Shown one piece after another: positions 37,776 to 51,827 of a stretch of 64,000 nucleotides of DNA. The first letter of the stretch is position 1. Every line of letters begins with the position of its first letter. The DNA is taken from assembly GCF_963921235.1 (NCBI RefSeq), contig NC_086108.1, positions 108,440,001 to 108,504,000 on the forward strand, written 5' to 3'. Under the pieces are notes generated by a model. It made no database searches. It worked only from the letters and a program-made list of their open reading frames with translations, and was not told the origin of the DNA. The DNA comes from Mobula hypostoma. Taxonomy: Eukaryota. The position numbers and the translations under genes were made by a program.

Positions 37776-38544
37776 CAGAATCAGAATCCTTTATTATCGC
37801 CAAGTATGTGGACACATACAGGGAATTTGATGCCGGTTTCCCTGAACTCTCGCTGTACAGAATCAAAAAACAAATAAAACAATAGTGCAAATAATCATGA
37901 ACTATATACAATGAGGTATACCTGTGTATGTACAGGTGGACTTGGTTTATAATAAACTGAAATTCAAGTGTTCATAAGACTGATGGCATACGGAAAGAAA
38001 CTGTTCTTGTACCTATTTGTCCTGGCATACAGTGATCTAAAGTACCTACCAGGAGGAAGGAGTTGGAACAGGTGATGTCCAGGGTGTGATGGGTCTACAC
38101 TGCTTGCTCGCTTCCTGACTCTAGGTACATATAAGTCCTGGATCGAGGGCAGCTTCACACCAATAATCCTTTCCGCAGCCCTGACGGTTCTTTGGAGTCT
38201 ATTCTTGTCTTGTTTGGTAGCTGATCCAAACCAGACAGTGATGGACGAAGAGAGAACAGACTGGATTATTCCTGAATAGAATTGAATCAGCAGCTCCTGA
38301 GGCAGGTTGTACTTCTTGAGTTGATGTAGGAAATACAACCTCTGCTGAGCCTTTTTGGTAAGAGTGGGTGTCCACTTCAGGTCCTGGGAGATTGTGACAC
38401 CCAGAAACCTGAAGGTCTCCACAGCAGACACAATACTGTTGAGTATAGTGTGTGGGGGGAGTACTGGGGGGCTCCTCCTGAAGTCCACTGTCATCTCCAC
38501 AGTCTTGAGCGTATTTAGCTCCAGATTGTTCTGACCACACCAGA
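37776..38544 (-). mobile_element. Rex1/Babar LINE, 5'-truncated, inserted in a SINE
   Basis: WCGQNNLELNTLKTVEMTVDFRR, FRFLGVTISQDLKW, KKAQQRLYFL, ITVWFG, KNSFFPYAI; (gattct)n tail; gatat duplicated at 37771-37775 and 38545-38549. Confidence 0.88.
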
Positions 38545-40189
38545 GATATGCACCAGCTGATTGTACAACCATCTATCACCTGCTCCTTTGGCTTCACGTG
38601 ACCCTGATCAGGGAGCTAAGCGGGGAGCAATGCTGCACATTGCCCAAGGGTGAGCGGCAGGCTAGCCATGGGAAGAAGCACCTCTCAGCTTTGGTAGAGA
38701 TATATCTCCACCCCGTCACCATATCCATACCACCCCCCCCCCCCCACTATCAAATCTTCCCCCATGCTCAGCTAGCAAGTACTGACTACATACAGTTCTG
38801 GCCAAAGATTTTTTTGTAATTGGGAATTACAGCAAAAGAAGCTATAATTGTGATAAAATCTAAATATTATAATAGCAAACAGATTGGGTAGAAATGAGGA
38901 GATGTGTCTAGTAAGCTTACATTTCAAGTACTTACATCCACAGTTATTATGAGGTCCAAGTATGCATTTATTTTTGATCACAATTTTCAATTTTGGTCAC
39001 TTATATTGGTTATTTAGCCCTACACATCATCTTCTCTGAATTCATCTTCATCTTCTTATCCTTATTGCAATCACACAAGCCTGACCATGCCAGTGGGATC
39101 AATAAATTACACGACTGCTCCAGGCTATCGCTATTTTAAGGATTGAACTTAGCAAAGCAGTGTTTGAATAAATAGTGAACTCCCCTTTGGGCTAATTATA
39201 AAAATATCTACCACTCAAAGACTCCTCCGAATCAGTTTGTGGCTCTGAGGTCATTTCTTCTGTCCACTACCCGCTGGATAACTTAAAACACACATGTTTC
39301 CTTATATTCCAGTTCTGATGAAGAGTCCTTGACATAAAAGGTAGATTCATTGAACTATACTGCATGGTCCTTCTCCCAGAATTGTCACCTTGTCGTGGTG
39401 GAAATGCGCGTGAGCCCCTGAGATTTATTTATTTATTGAGATATAGTGCGGAATAGGCCCTGCTAGCCCTTTGAGCCGTGCCACTTAGCAATCCTTGGAT
39501 TTAATCCTAGCCTAATCGTGGGACAATTTACGATGACCAATTGACCTACTGACTGGTATGCCTTTGGACTGTGGAAGGAAACCGGAGCACCTGGAGGAAA
39601 CCAACGTGCACACGGGAAGAACAGAGAAATTTCTTACAAATGGCACTGTACTTGAACCCCAAAATCCGGCGCCACGGACTGAAATCGTGTTGCGTTAACT
39701 GCTACACCACCGTGGCACCCTGTGTCACCATGTACTACCTTGAGATTCATTTTCTTGTGGGCACTTAGATTAGAAAAAGGAAGTATAACAGGATCCTTCA
39801 GAGAGACAAAGCCTGGCAAATAAGTGATGTACAAAAGAAGACAGGCTGCACAAATGCAAAAAATCCTGACTATATAAATTTTAAAAATTGCATAAATTAT
39901 GTTCTTTCTTCTAAAAATTGGATAAAATTAATGTTCACTTTATGTTTCTCCCTGTGAATGCTATTTTTCTGATGCTACCTGTATCTGCCTGTGATGCTGC
40001 TGCAGTGTAAGTTTTTCATTGCATCTGTGCATATGACAATACACGACGTTCCCTTTTGACTTTAAGTCTCTCATCTCCATGCACCTGTCCAAATGTCTTT
40101 TATTGTATGCATCTCTACCAGTTCCTCAAGCAGCTGGTTCCACATACCCACGACTATCTGCCTGACAAATCTAACCCTCATATTCCTTT

Positions 40190-40775
40190 TCTTTCTTTTT
40201 AAATCTTTTTATTAATTATTATTGAAAATCAACAACAGAGAAAAATACATCAAAATAATCAAGATAACATATCCATACGTAGAATAGAAGTTAAACTATC
40301 AACCAGGCTGAACAGTATATCAATAGTAATCAAAAAACAAAGTGTTGAAGCTTTTTTTTTATGGAAAAAAGGAAAGAAAGAAAAAAAAGAACCCCTACTA
40401 ACGAAAACAGAGAAAACCCCTAATAGCTAAAAAGAAAGGGGGGAAAACCCATTGGGAGCACAAACCTGGAGCTATGCGCTATACAAGCTTCCACAAAAAA
40501 AAGACATCAATCCGCCAACCAAATTCATATAACCAAGCATCAGAAAAGGACCATCTTTATTAACTCAAGTCAAATGATAATAATGGGCAAAAGAACACCA
40601 CCTTTTCTTGAAGTCAAACTTAGGATCAAAAGTTCGACTTCAAATTTTTTCCAAACTAAGACATAACATCACCTGAGAGAACCATTGTATCAAAGTGGGA
40701 GCAGAGGCATCTTTCCATTTTAATAAAATAGCCCTTCTAGCCAATAATGTGACAAATGCAATTACATATTGGTCA
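40190..40775 (-). mobile_element. L1-type LINE 3' end
   Basis: Minus strand reads VIAFVTLLARRAILLKWKDASAPTLIQW...LEK (fish-type L1 ORF2 C-terminus), T-rich 3' UTR, AATAAA and A-rich tail. Confidence 0.75.
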
Positions 40776-41026
40776 GATATATTCCCTTCAAATATTTTTC
40801 TCTCCCCTTAAAGTTATGCCCGCTAGTTTGTTGCCTTTTGCATACTGGTTGAATGCCCAGCTTGGTGCAGTTTTTCATTGTTTCCATAATGGTTATTACT
40901 TTATTATGGATTTATTAAGAATGCCCACAAGAAAATCAATTTCAGTGTCATAATTAGTGACATATATGCACTTTGTTAATAAGTTCACTTTGGACTTTGA
41001 AATGTATATGTATAACTGTTTAGTAT

Positions 41027-41147
41027 CACACACAACAGGCCAGGCAGCGTCTATGGAAAAAGAGTAAACAGTCAATGTTTCGGACTGAGACCCATTTTGT
41101 GTGTGTTTTGCTGGGATTTTCAGTATCTGCAGCTTTTCTATTGTTTG
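41027..41147. mobile_element. Very short PLE-derived inverted insertion with 14-bp TSD
   Basis: Minus-arm remnant joined to a plus-strand tail; TSD taactgtttagtat at 41013-41026 and 41148-41161. Confidence 0.75.
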
Positions 41148-41149
41148 TA

Positions 41150-41345
41150 ACTGTTTAGTATTTTTCCTAGTGGTCACAGTATGTATAAGCAGTTGTTCAG
41201 TGTGTCCCCTAGTGGTCACAGTATGTATAAGCAGTTGTTCAGTGTGTCCCCTAGTGGTCACAGTATGTATAAGCAGTTGTTCAGTGTGTTCCCTAGTGGT
41301 CACAGTAGGTATGTGCAGTTGTTCAGTGTCTCCCATAGTGGTTAC
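41150..41345. repeat. 42-bp minisatellite, about 4.5 copies
   Basis: Unit ctagtggtcacagtatgtataagcagttgttcagtgtgtccc in tandem. Confidence 0.92.
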
Positions 41346-43274
41346 ATTAGTACGATTCTGAAAGCTTCTCTGGTGTTTCATTAGTTAAAAAGTCACTTAG
41401 ATTACATTTCTTCCCCAACCTGATGTTTGGTCTGAACCACAAATGAACCTCTTGACCATGTCTATATCCTTTTATGCATGGGTTGCTGAGAGATTAGATA
41501 TTTGCACTAGCAAGCAGATGTACAGGTGTAACTAATAAAGTGGCCACTGAGTATAGATTGATTGTAGAAAGTTGAAGAACCAGCACCGGTCCCTATGACA
41601 TGCCCTCATTATATCTTGCAAACCAAAAGAAATGATTAATACCATCTCTCTGTTCCCTATCGCAGCCCATCTTCTGTTCAGGGCTGCTTGTTACCCTGTA
41701 CGCTATAAGCTTTTACTTGCCGCAATAACCCTTGATGTTATCATTGCAAAATGATGGATTTCTCCTCAAGACACAAGAGACTGCAGGTGCTGCAAGAAAG
41801 AAGCTGACGGGGATCTTGGCAGGTCAGCAGTATCCATAGAGGCCGAGGGATAGTTGAGGTTTCTCTTTGAGACCCTATGTCAGGAGTTAACAGGGGAGAC
41901 AGACAGTGCAAAGAGGTGAGGGGCCAGCGACGAGACAGGCACTGGAAAGTAATTGGTAAATAAAGGTGAGGAGGGTGTGATGGGTGGATGAAAACAGGAG
42001 AGGGTGGAGGGACTGGAGATATATTTGTGGAGGTGTTCATTCATACTTGCTACTGCTTACCAATGTTGTTCTGTCTGAAGCCATGTCTTACATGGTAGCA
42101 TAGTAGTTAGTGGAAGGCTTTACCGAACCAGCAAACTGGATTCAAATCTGTTGCTGTCTGTAAGGAGTTTGTATGTTCTCCCTGTGACACTTGGGTTTCC
42201 TCCAGGTGCTCCGGTTTCCTCCCACAGTCCAAAGACATTTGAGATTGAGTTAGTGAGTTGTGGGCATGTTATGTTGGAGTTGGAAGTGTGGCGGGCTGCC
42301 CCCAGCACATATTCAGATTCTGTTGACCATTGATGCAAAACAAGGCGTTTCGACGTTTTGATCTACTAGTTTAAAACAAATCTTTCTCTGGTGACATAGG
42401 ATCTCCAGATTGACAAAGGGTGACAATGTTGGAGGTCCTTATTAATTCTCCACAGACAAGCTCTTATTTATTAACAAACAGTTGGCATAAAACAGGATTG
42501 AAAGAGGCTGCAGAGTGTTGCAGTCTTAGCCAGCTCCATTATGGACACAAACCTCTCACCACTGAGAACAGCTTCAAAATACATTACTTCAAGAAATTGG
42601 CATCCATCACTCAAGACCCTCCCCATCTGGACACACAGTCTTCTCATTACTTCTGTCAGGGAGGAGATACAGGAGCCTGAAAACACATCAGGACCTGGTG
42701 GAGGGTCTCGGCCTGAAACACTGACTGGTTTATTCCTTTCCATGGATGCTACCTGACCTGCTGAGTTCTCCAGCACTGAGTGCATGTTACTCTGGAATTC
42801 TGGAATCTCTTGTGCTATGATTTACTTCTCTTTGGGGAGTTTAGATAAGCCCATGGATGAGCAGGGAAATGATAAAAGGGGTATGGGCCAAACATAGGAA
42901 GATGGGACAAGCTTAGATGGCATATTAGTCAACAGGAACTAGATGGGCTGAAGGGCCTGTTTCCAAGCTGCATTAATCAATAAGTAAATGGATCACATGT
43001 CTGTTGCTGGATAAAGTACAGGCAAAAAGCACTTTGACATTATTGTAGGAAGTGTTACTCTGTTCCAAGGACCTCCTTTTGAATTATTCCTCCACTCAAC
43101 CAGACTCCAAACCGCCCTCCGACTAATCTCACTTGACACAATGGATTATAACTAATCCTTGGCCACATCTCCTCCTCCCTAACTGTTATTTTATTTTTCC
43201 ACGTGCATTTCCCATCTTTCACTGAGATCCACTCAGAATGAGCACTGGGAAGAAATCAGATCTTAAATGTAAAG

Positions 43275-44020
43275 AGACAGTGCACTGTAAAGGGCAAGAT
43301 CCTTAACAGTGTTGATGAGCAGAGGGATCTTGGGGTCCAAGTTCATAGTTCACTGAAAGTAGCCACACAGGTTGGTCAAGAAGGTTCTTGGCAGGCTTGT
43401 CTTTATTAGTCGAGGCACTGAGTTCAAAAGCCAGGAAGTTATGTTACAGCGGTATAAAACTCTAGATAGGCCACATCTGGAGAAATGCGTACATTTCTGG
43501 TTGTCCAATTATAGGCAGGATATTGAGGCTGTGGAGAGGGTGCAGAAGAGCTTACAGGATGTTGCCTGGATTAGAGGACATCTGCTATAATGAGAGGTTG
43601 AACAAACCTGGGTTGTTTTCTCTGGAGATGCCGAGGCTGAGGGGGGGGGCTCTGAAAGAGGTTTATAAGATTATGAGAGATGTTAATAGAGTAAGCAGAC
43701 TGTATCAAGGGCTGAAATGTCTAATATCAGAGGGCATGGATTTAAAGGGGTAAGTTCAAAGGAGATATGAGGGACTAGTTTTTTTACACAGAGGGTGGTG
43801 TGTGCCTGGAATATGCTGCCCGGGACGGTGGGGGAGGCAGATACATTTGGGACTTTCAAGAGACATTTAGATAGGCACATGGGTATGGGGAAAAATGGAA
43901 GAATGTGGACGTTGTGTAGGCAGAAGAGATTAGTCCAGTTGGTCATTTGATTATTAATTTAATTGGTTTGGCACAACATTGTAGCCCAAACAGCCAGTTC
44001 CTGTGCTGTTCCATGTTCTA
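43275..44020 (+). mobile_element. CR1 LINE 3' fragment
   Basis: YKTLDRPHLEKCVHFW, MLPGLE, 3' UTR. Confidence 0.85.
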
Positions 44021-46435
44021 AATCTTCTTGGCATTGAACAGATCCCTCATGGCTTTATCTAAAATCTGCACCGTTCTTGCAAAGTTTTAATCCAATTTTG
44101 AGCGGAGTAAATTTTGCTCCTTCACAAGATGGTCAGCGGTGTATGCAGCCCTTTTGAACATAGAACGGAGAACAGTACAGCATAGGCTAGGCCCTTTGGC
44201 CTACAATGTTGTGTTAAACCAAATAAATTAATAATCTAATGGCCAACTGAACTAATCCCTTCTGCCTACACAATGTCCACATTCTTCCATTTTTTCCTCA
44301 CATGCATGTGCTCATCTAAATGTCTCTTAAAAGTCCAAAACGTATCTGCCTCCCCCACCATCCCAGGCAGTGCATTCCAGGCACCCACCACTCTTTGTGT
44401 AAAAAGCTTGCCCATCACATCTGAAATATGAGATATCTGTGTAAAAACTTGCCTTTCACCTTAAATGCATGCAAACAGATATTAGGCATTTCAACCCTTG
44501 GAAAAAATATTTTGCCTGTCTATTCTGTTATTCCTCTCATAATCTTTTAAACCTCAATCACAGGTGTTCCCAATATTTTTTATGCCATGGACCAATACCA
44601 TTCGACAAGGGTTTCAAGAACCCCAGCTCTATCAGATCTCCTTCAGGCTCCACAACTCCAGAGGAAACAGTGCAAGTTTGGCCAACCTCTTATTATAGGA
44701 CATGCCTTCAAATCCTGGCAACATCATGGTAAGCTTCGTCTGCACCCTCTCCAAAGCATCTTCATCCTTCCTATAAGGGGGTGACCTGAACTGTTTAAAG
44801 TACTCCAGACCTGGCCTTTAATATTATGTTCTTTCCAGCCTCAATTCCATTCAGTTTGAATCTGGAAACCCCAATTTAAAGGTCATCTCCCTGGTTTTAG
44901 GTTTAATTCTGCCTTGACTCAACTGAAAGATTGTATTAACCTGTCAGCATGATGCATGCACAGAGATCAGATTAACTTGTCAGCCTGATGCATACACGGT
45001 CTTTGTGTTAAGGTGTCATCCTGAAGCAGTAGATGTACGTCTTTGTTGCACAAGTTAAGGTGAAAGGTATTTATCTGTAGTTTACAACAAACTTGTTGTA
45101 AGTCCCTTAATTTGCAATCTCCAAGGTTCAGAGTGTTCGGTTCCCAGTACTAGTAACAACAACTCACATAGACGTCAAGTAAAGAAATGCTGGAAAAACT
45201 CAGCCAAGACAAACAGCTTTCCACATTCTGGCTCCCCTCTCACCTCTTCTCTTCTCCTCACCTGCCCGTTATCTCCCTCTGGTGCCCCTCTTCCTTCCCT
45301 TTCTCCCATGGTCCATTGTCCTATCAGATGTCTTCTTCCTCAGTCCTTTTACCTTTTCCTCCTATCACCTCCCAGCTTCTTACTTCATCCCCTCCCCCCC
45401 AACTCACCTTCCCCCTAAACAGGTGTCACCTATCACCTGCCAGCTTGAAATCACCACCTTCTTATTTTGGTTTTTCCCCCTTCCTTTCCAGACTTGATGA
45501 AGGGTCTTGATCCGAAACTTTGTTTATTCCCAAGATTCAAAGTGCACTTATTACTAAAGTATGAACCCAGAATACAACTCTGATATCCGTCCTCCTGCAG
45601 GCAGCCACAAAGCAACATGTGAAAGAAAAGAGCAAGTTCTGCAAATGGCAGAAAGTGAGTGAACAACACATAGAACATCAAACATCAAAGCAGGAGTATC
45701 CAGTTTAGTTCAGTTTAGCGCCACATCGCTAGCCAGTTCTTCACCGAAGCGCCCCAGTCTGCATTGATCGTCCTGATCAAACCACTCAAAAAAAAAGAGT
45801 AACCAGAATTCAGGAACACTTGCAACATGAATACAGAAACACAAGAAATGTGCAAGATGTTGCCTACTTGTGTTATGAGAAAATGAATCTCAGAGCAGTA
45901 TATGGCGACATCTACGTACTTTGATAAACAATTTACTTTGAACTTTAAAGTTTCTGAATTTTGTGTTCCACCAACATTTTGTGGTGTTGCTCAAGATTTC
46001 CAGCAGCTGCAGAATAACTTGTATTTACCACTTGTGGATATCTCTTTCCACAGATATGGCCTGACCAGCTGCGTTCTGATTTCAACATGTTTAGATTCAT
46101 AAAGTTATACACAGCATGCAAACTTATTAAACTCTGGTGAGATCACATCTGGAGTATAGTATGCAATTCTAGTTGCTCCGATTACAGGAAGGATATGAAG
46201 GTTTTGGAGAAGGTACAGAAAAAGTTCACCAGAATGTTGCCTGGATTAGAGGGTACGTGCTTTGAGGAGGGTTTGGACAAACTTGGGGCACTTTCTTTGG
46301 AGTGGTGAAGGTTCAAAGGAGACCTGACGGAAGTATGTAAGTTCATGAGAGGCACAGATAGAGAAGGCAGCCGGTAATTTTCTCCAAGGCAAAGAGCAAA
46401 CATTTTGTGGCAGAGATAATTTTGTCACTTACAAA

Positions 46436-46948
46436 TACTGTGCAAAAGTTTTAGGCACACACATATAGATAGCTAGAGCATCTAAGACCTTTGCACAGTA
46501 CTGTAGTTATTTTATGTATTCCACTGAACTGCTGCGGTTGTGGCTGCAAAAATTTCATGACATATGTGAGTGACGATACACCTGATTCTAATGTGGGTCT
46601 CTTTTGTGGACTGAGAGCCGGGAGGGAGCATGGAAAGGGGAATCATGATTAGGAAAAGGGGAAGAAAGGTGGGAGGGAGAGGGAAACAGCAGAGAGACCT
46701 ACGGTAATGATCAGCAAACCATTTATTTGGAATCAAATGACCTTGCCTGGTGTCTCAGGGTTGGGTGTGTCTGTACCCCTTCCACCTCCACCCCCACGGC
46801 ATTCCTTCTCTGCCACCTGCCCCACACCCCTCCCGTAGCAATCCATCATCACCATTTCCAACACCTTTCGCACTCACCAGATTTACAAATTTGTTCTCCG
46901 CTCCACGTTGACAAAAGTCTTAGGCACCTTAGCTAAGACTTCTGCATA
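46436..46948. mobile_element. Composite repeat bounded by Tc1-like mini-palindromes; other copies 33373-33762 and 48720-49990
   Basis: tactgtgcaaaagttttagg...ctaagacctttgcacagta at 46436-46500 and a partial copy at 46912-46948; internal body shared among the three loci. Confidence 0.65.
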
Positions 46949-47535
46949 AGGGAAAGTGGGAATGAGAGGTGAGGAAGACCTTTTTTACTCAGATTGTGGT
47001 TGGGATCTGGAACATACCTCCTGAGAAGGCTATCAACAATCTGGACAAGGGCCTGATTCACCCTTAAAAATAAACAAACTGCTTAAGGAGCTCTGAGATA
47101 CATGCAGTGTCTGTGGAGGGTAATGGAATGGGTTGAGACCCTTCACTGATTCGGAAAAATAGAAGGCAGATTGTCGGGTTAGAGCGGTGAGGAGAATGGT
47201 TGGAGCAAGAGATGGCAAGTGATGGGTAGATCCAGGTGAGGGGAGAGTTGATAAGCAGATGGAAGAATTGGAGGGTGGAGATAGTGAATGGGAGGTGATG
47301 GGTGGAGGGAACAAAGGATGTGAATATGTTAGGAGAAGAAGGTAGAACATGGAACTAAAAAGAAGGGTAGAAGACAATGTTGTTTTATGTGCCAGAGATG
47401 CAGTTTAACCACTACCACAGGATCAAAAGGTTAGTTAGAAATGCTTAAGCCAAACTGCATAAAAACCTGTGGGAATATTCTGTTCAGTTCTGGTTACCTT
47501 ATTATAGAAAGGATTTGGAAGCTTTAGCGAGAGTG

Positions 47536-48474
47536 AAACATAGAAAACCTACAGCACAATACAGGCCATTTGGCCCACAAAACTGTGCCAAACATCTCCT
47601 TACTTTATAAATTACCTAAGGTTACCCATAGTCCTCTATTTTTTTAGGCTCCATGTACCTGTCCAGGAGTCTCTTAAAAGACCCTATCATATCTGCCTCC
47701 ACCACTGTCGCTGGCAGACCATTCTATGCTCTCACCACTCTCTGCGTAAAAAAAATTACCCCTGACATCTCCTCTGTACCTTCTTCCAAGCACCTTAAAA
47801 AAACTGCACCCTCTCGTGCTAGCCATTTCAGCCTTGGGAAAAAGCTTCTGACTATCCACATGATCAATGCCTCTCATCATCTTATACACCTCTATCAGGT
47901 CACTTCTCATCCTCCGTCGCTCCAAGGAGAAAAGGCTGAGTTCACTCAACCTATCCTCATAAGGCATGCTCCCTAATCCAGCAAATATCCTTGTAAATTT
48001 CTTCTGCACGCTTTCTATGGTTTCTACATCCTTCCTGTAGTGAGGCGACCAGAACTGAGCACAGTACTCCAAGTGGGGTCTAACCAAGGTCCTATGTAGC
48101 TGCAACATTACCTCTCGACTCCTGAACTCAATCCCACGGTTGATGAAGGCCAATGCACCGTATGCTTTCTTAACCACAGAGTCAACCTGCGCAGCAGCTT
48201 TGAGTGTCCTATGGACTCGGACCCCAAGATCCCTCTGATCCTCCACACTGCCGAGAGTCTTACCATTACTATATTCTGCCATCATATTTGACCTACCAAA
48301 ATGAACCACTTCACACTTACCTGGGTTGAACTGCATCTGACACTTCCCAGCCCAGTTTTGCATCCTATGGATGTCTCGCTGTAACCTCTGACAGCCCTCC
48401 ACACAATCCACAACACCCCGAACCTTTGTGTCATCAGTAAATTTACAAACCCATCCCTCCACTTCCTCATCCAG
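47536..48474 (-). mobile_element. CR1 LINE fragment similar to 26457-29343
   Basis: LDEEVEGWVCKFTDDTKV, LVRPHLEYCAQFWSPHYRKD. Confidence 0.9.
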
Positions 48475-48951
48475 GGTGCAGAAGAGACTTACCAGAACAC
48501 TGTCTGGATTAGAAAGCATGGTTTATGAGGAAAGTCCGAGTGAACTGCAGTTTTTCTTTTTGTAGTGGAGGAAAATGAGAAGTGACTTGATAGAGGTACA
48601 AGAAAGGCATTGATTAAGTGGATAACCAAAGACTTTTCCCAGAATGGGAATGTCTAAAATGAGGAGATATAATTTTGGGAGGATTGGAGGAAAGCATAGG
48701 GGTAATGTCAGAGGTGTAGTGCTGTGTAAAAGTCTCATGTATATATATATATATGTATATAGGTTGGGTATGTAAAACTTCCGCACAGGACTGTATTTGT
48801 CCATGTGGATGAGAGTGAGTTTGTAAATCTGGTGGGTGCAAAGGGTGGTGGGATGGTGAGGGAGGAGTGCCACGGGAGGGTTGTGGGACATGTGACAGAG
48901 AAGGAGTGCCAGGGGCATGGGGTGGCACAGGACAGACATACCCAGCCCAGC

Positions 48952-49693
48952 GACAATAGGCAATAGTTGCAGGAGTAGGCCATTTGTCCCATCGAGCCAG
49001 CACCGCCATTCACTGCGATCATGGCTGATCATCCACAATCAGTACCCCGTTCCTGCCTTCTCCCCATTTCCCTTGACTCCACTATCTTTAAGAGCTCTAT
49101 CTAACTCTTTCCTGAAAGCATCCAGAGAATTGGCCTCCACTGCCTTCTGAGGCAGAGCATTCCACAGATCCACAACTCTCTGGGTGAAAAAGTTTTTCCT
49201 CAACTCCGTTCTAAATGGCCTACCCCTTATCTTAAACTGTGGCCTCTGGTTCTGGACTCCCCCAACATCGGGAACATGTTTCCTGCCTCTAGCGTGTCCA
49301 ATCCCTTAATAATCTTATATGTTTCAATCAGATCCCCTCTCATCCTTCTAAATTCCAGTGTATACAAGCCCAGTCGCTCCAATCTTTCAACATATGACAG
49401 TCCCGCCATACCAGGAATTAACCTCGTGAACCTACACTGCACTCCCTCCATAGCAAGAATGTCCTTCCTCAAGTTTGGAGACCAAAACTGCACACAATAT
49501 TCCAGGTGTGGTCTCACAAGGGCCCTATACAGCTGCAGAAGGACCTCTTTGCTCCTGTACTCAATTCCCCTTGTTATGAAGGCCAACACGCCATTAGCTT
49601 TCTTCACTGCCTGCTGTACCTGCATGCTTACTTTCAGTGACTGATGAACAGGGACACCTGGATCTTGTTGTACTTCCCCTTTTCCTAACTTGT
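48952..49693 (-). mobile_element. CR1 LINE 3' fragment
   Basis: QVQQAVKKANGVLAFITRG...LVRPHLEYCVQFWSP. Confidence 0.9.
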
Positions 49694-51827
49694 TACCAGT
49701 TAGGTCATTTGGCAAGGTCATTTGATTTCAAACAATTGACTTATTGATCATTACAGAATGTCTCTCTGGTCCTTCCTGCTCTCTCCCCTCTCCCTCTCCC
49801 TTTCCCTTTTCCTAACCATGATTCCCCTCTTCCTGCCCCCTTCCCACTCTCAGACCTCAATAGAGACCCATATCAGAATCAGGTTTATCATCACTCACAT
49901 ACGTCATGAAATTAATTTTTTTTCTGGCAGCAATATAGTGCATAAAATCAACATAGTAGACATACTATATCTTAGACATACTAGCTATATATATAGTATG
50001 TGAACTCTTAGATAGGATGATAAAGAATTGGGGGGCTACATAGGAGGAAGGGCTAGATTGATCTCAGAGTAGGCTGAAATTTCAGCACAACATTGTAGAC
50101 CAAAGAGCCTGTACTGAGCTGTAACGTTCTATGTTAGTAAAGGCATCCGTTAGTCTTGCGAGACTATGGATCTGTGCCTGGAAAGTCTTCACTCTCCAAG
50201 GCACAGGCCTGGGCAGGGTTGTATGGAAGACCAGCTGTTGCCCATGCTGCAAGTCTCCCCTCTCCACGACACCAATGTTGTCCAAGGGAAAGGCATTAGG
50301 ACCCATATAGCTTGGCACCAGTGTTGTCGCAGAGCAATGTGTGATTAAGTGCCTTGCTCAAGGACACAATATGCTGCCTTGGCTGGGGCTCGAACTCATG
50401 ACCTTCAGGTCTCTAGTCCAATGCCTTAACCACTTGGCCACGTACCCGCACTGTTCATTGTTAAGGATAACACAATACAGTCTTAGTTTAAGATCTCATC
50501 AGAACAAATTTTCACCCCCACCCCCAAATGTAGTGCCTCTAAAGTCTTATATTGGGGTTTCAGTGTAATTTTATTTGTGGTGAAGTTCCCTGAGCTAAGT
50601 TCATCACAGTAGATGTGAGTGCTATTGGGCAATAGTCCTTGATGCATCTCAACCCACGCTCTTCTTGCCACAGCAGAATCGAGCAATCCAGCCTGAGAAA
50701 GCGGCATTCTGCTTTAACTTCAAAATTTGCAAGTTGTACGAAGTCATTTATGCATGAAACGTTCAATATGTGAGCAATCATCTCTGCCAGTTTGAAGTTT
50801 CAAAGCCTACTCATTGTTTTTTTTGCCTCATTTCCATTCCTGAACCTTAAAGAAAGATCCTTAACATTTTTTTTTGCCAAATTACTTCACATCAAAACAG
50901 GCATGAAAGGAACAGAAGATCAAACCCTACATGTCCTTCATTAGATGTGGAAGAACTGTGTTCATTCACCAGTTTCATTTTCTAATCTGTCCGTCATGTC
51001 TGAAAGCAAATTTTCCACAAACTGTTGGACTGAAAGGCAAGTTAAGAAAGTATAGAAGTTGAAAAGATCAAAATAGTATAGTTGTGAGATAATTTACCTC
51101 TGATAGCCATTATATCCAATAGTAGAGAGGAGGTTTCCTGCAGAGGAGGAGTGTAGGAACAGAGAACACAGTCTCAGAATAGAGGGACATCTTTTTAGAA
51201 TGGAGATGAGTAGGAATTTCTTTAATCAGAGGATGGAGAATCTGCAGAATTGATTGCCACAAATGGCCATGGATGCCAAGTTCTTGAATAGTCAGGATGT
51301 CAAAGGTTAAAGGGAGAAGGCAGTAGAAGAGGACTGAAGGACTGATGGAATGTGGAGCAGACTCCATGGTACAAGTAGTCTAATTCTATTCCTATTTCTT
51401 ATGGTCTTACAAAATACTGAAGGAACTCAGCAGGCCACGCAGCCCATGTGGAGAAGAGTAAACAGTCGATGTTTCGGGCCGAAGCACTGTATATCTGTGC
51501 AGACCAACTGGCTGGACTGTGAAGAGTAATTTCAACCTCTCACTGCTGCAGTCAGAGCCTCTCACCTGCTTTAAAAGGGCATCAAACTTACCAATGCCAA
51601 AGAAGAGCAGGGTGACTATCACCCGGTTGAACTCACACCTACTATAATGTAATGCTTTGAGAGGTTGGTCATACCCAGAATTTACTCTGTTTGACCTGGA
51701 CCCGCTGCAATTTGCCTATCAACCCGACAGTTGATGCAACCCTTTCCTGGATCTCCACTTAGCTTGAGAGCACCTAGATAACAGCAGAAGCTACTCCAGG
51801 CTGCTCTTTATTATTGTGGAATATTGT

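Noticed and set aside
41150..41345. CRISPR array or repeat-protein ORF
   Set aside because: Contiguous tandem units without unique spacers, in a eukaryotic context; the 14-aa repeat is a by-product of the 42-bp unit
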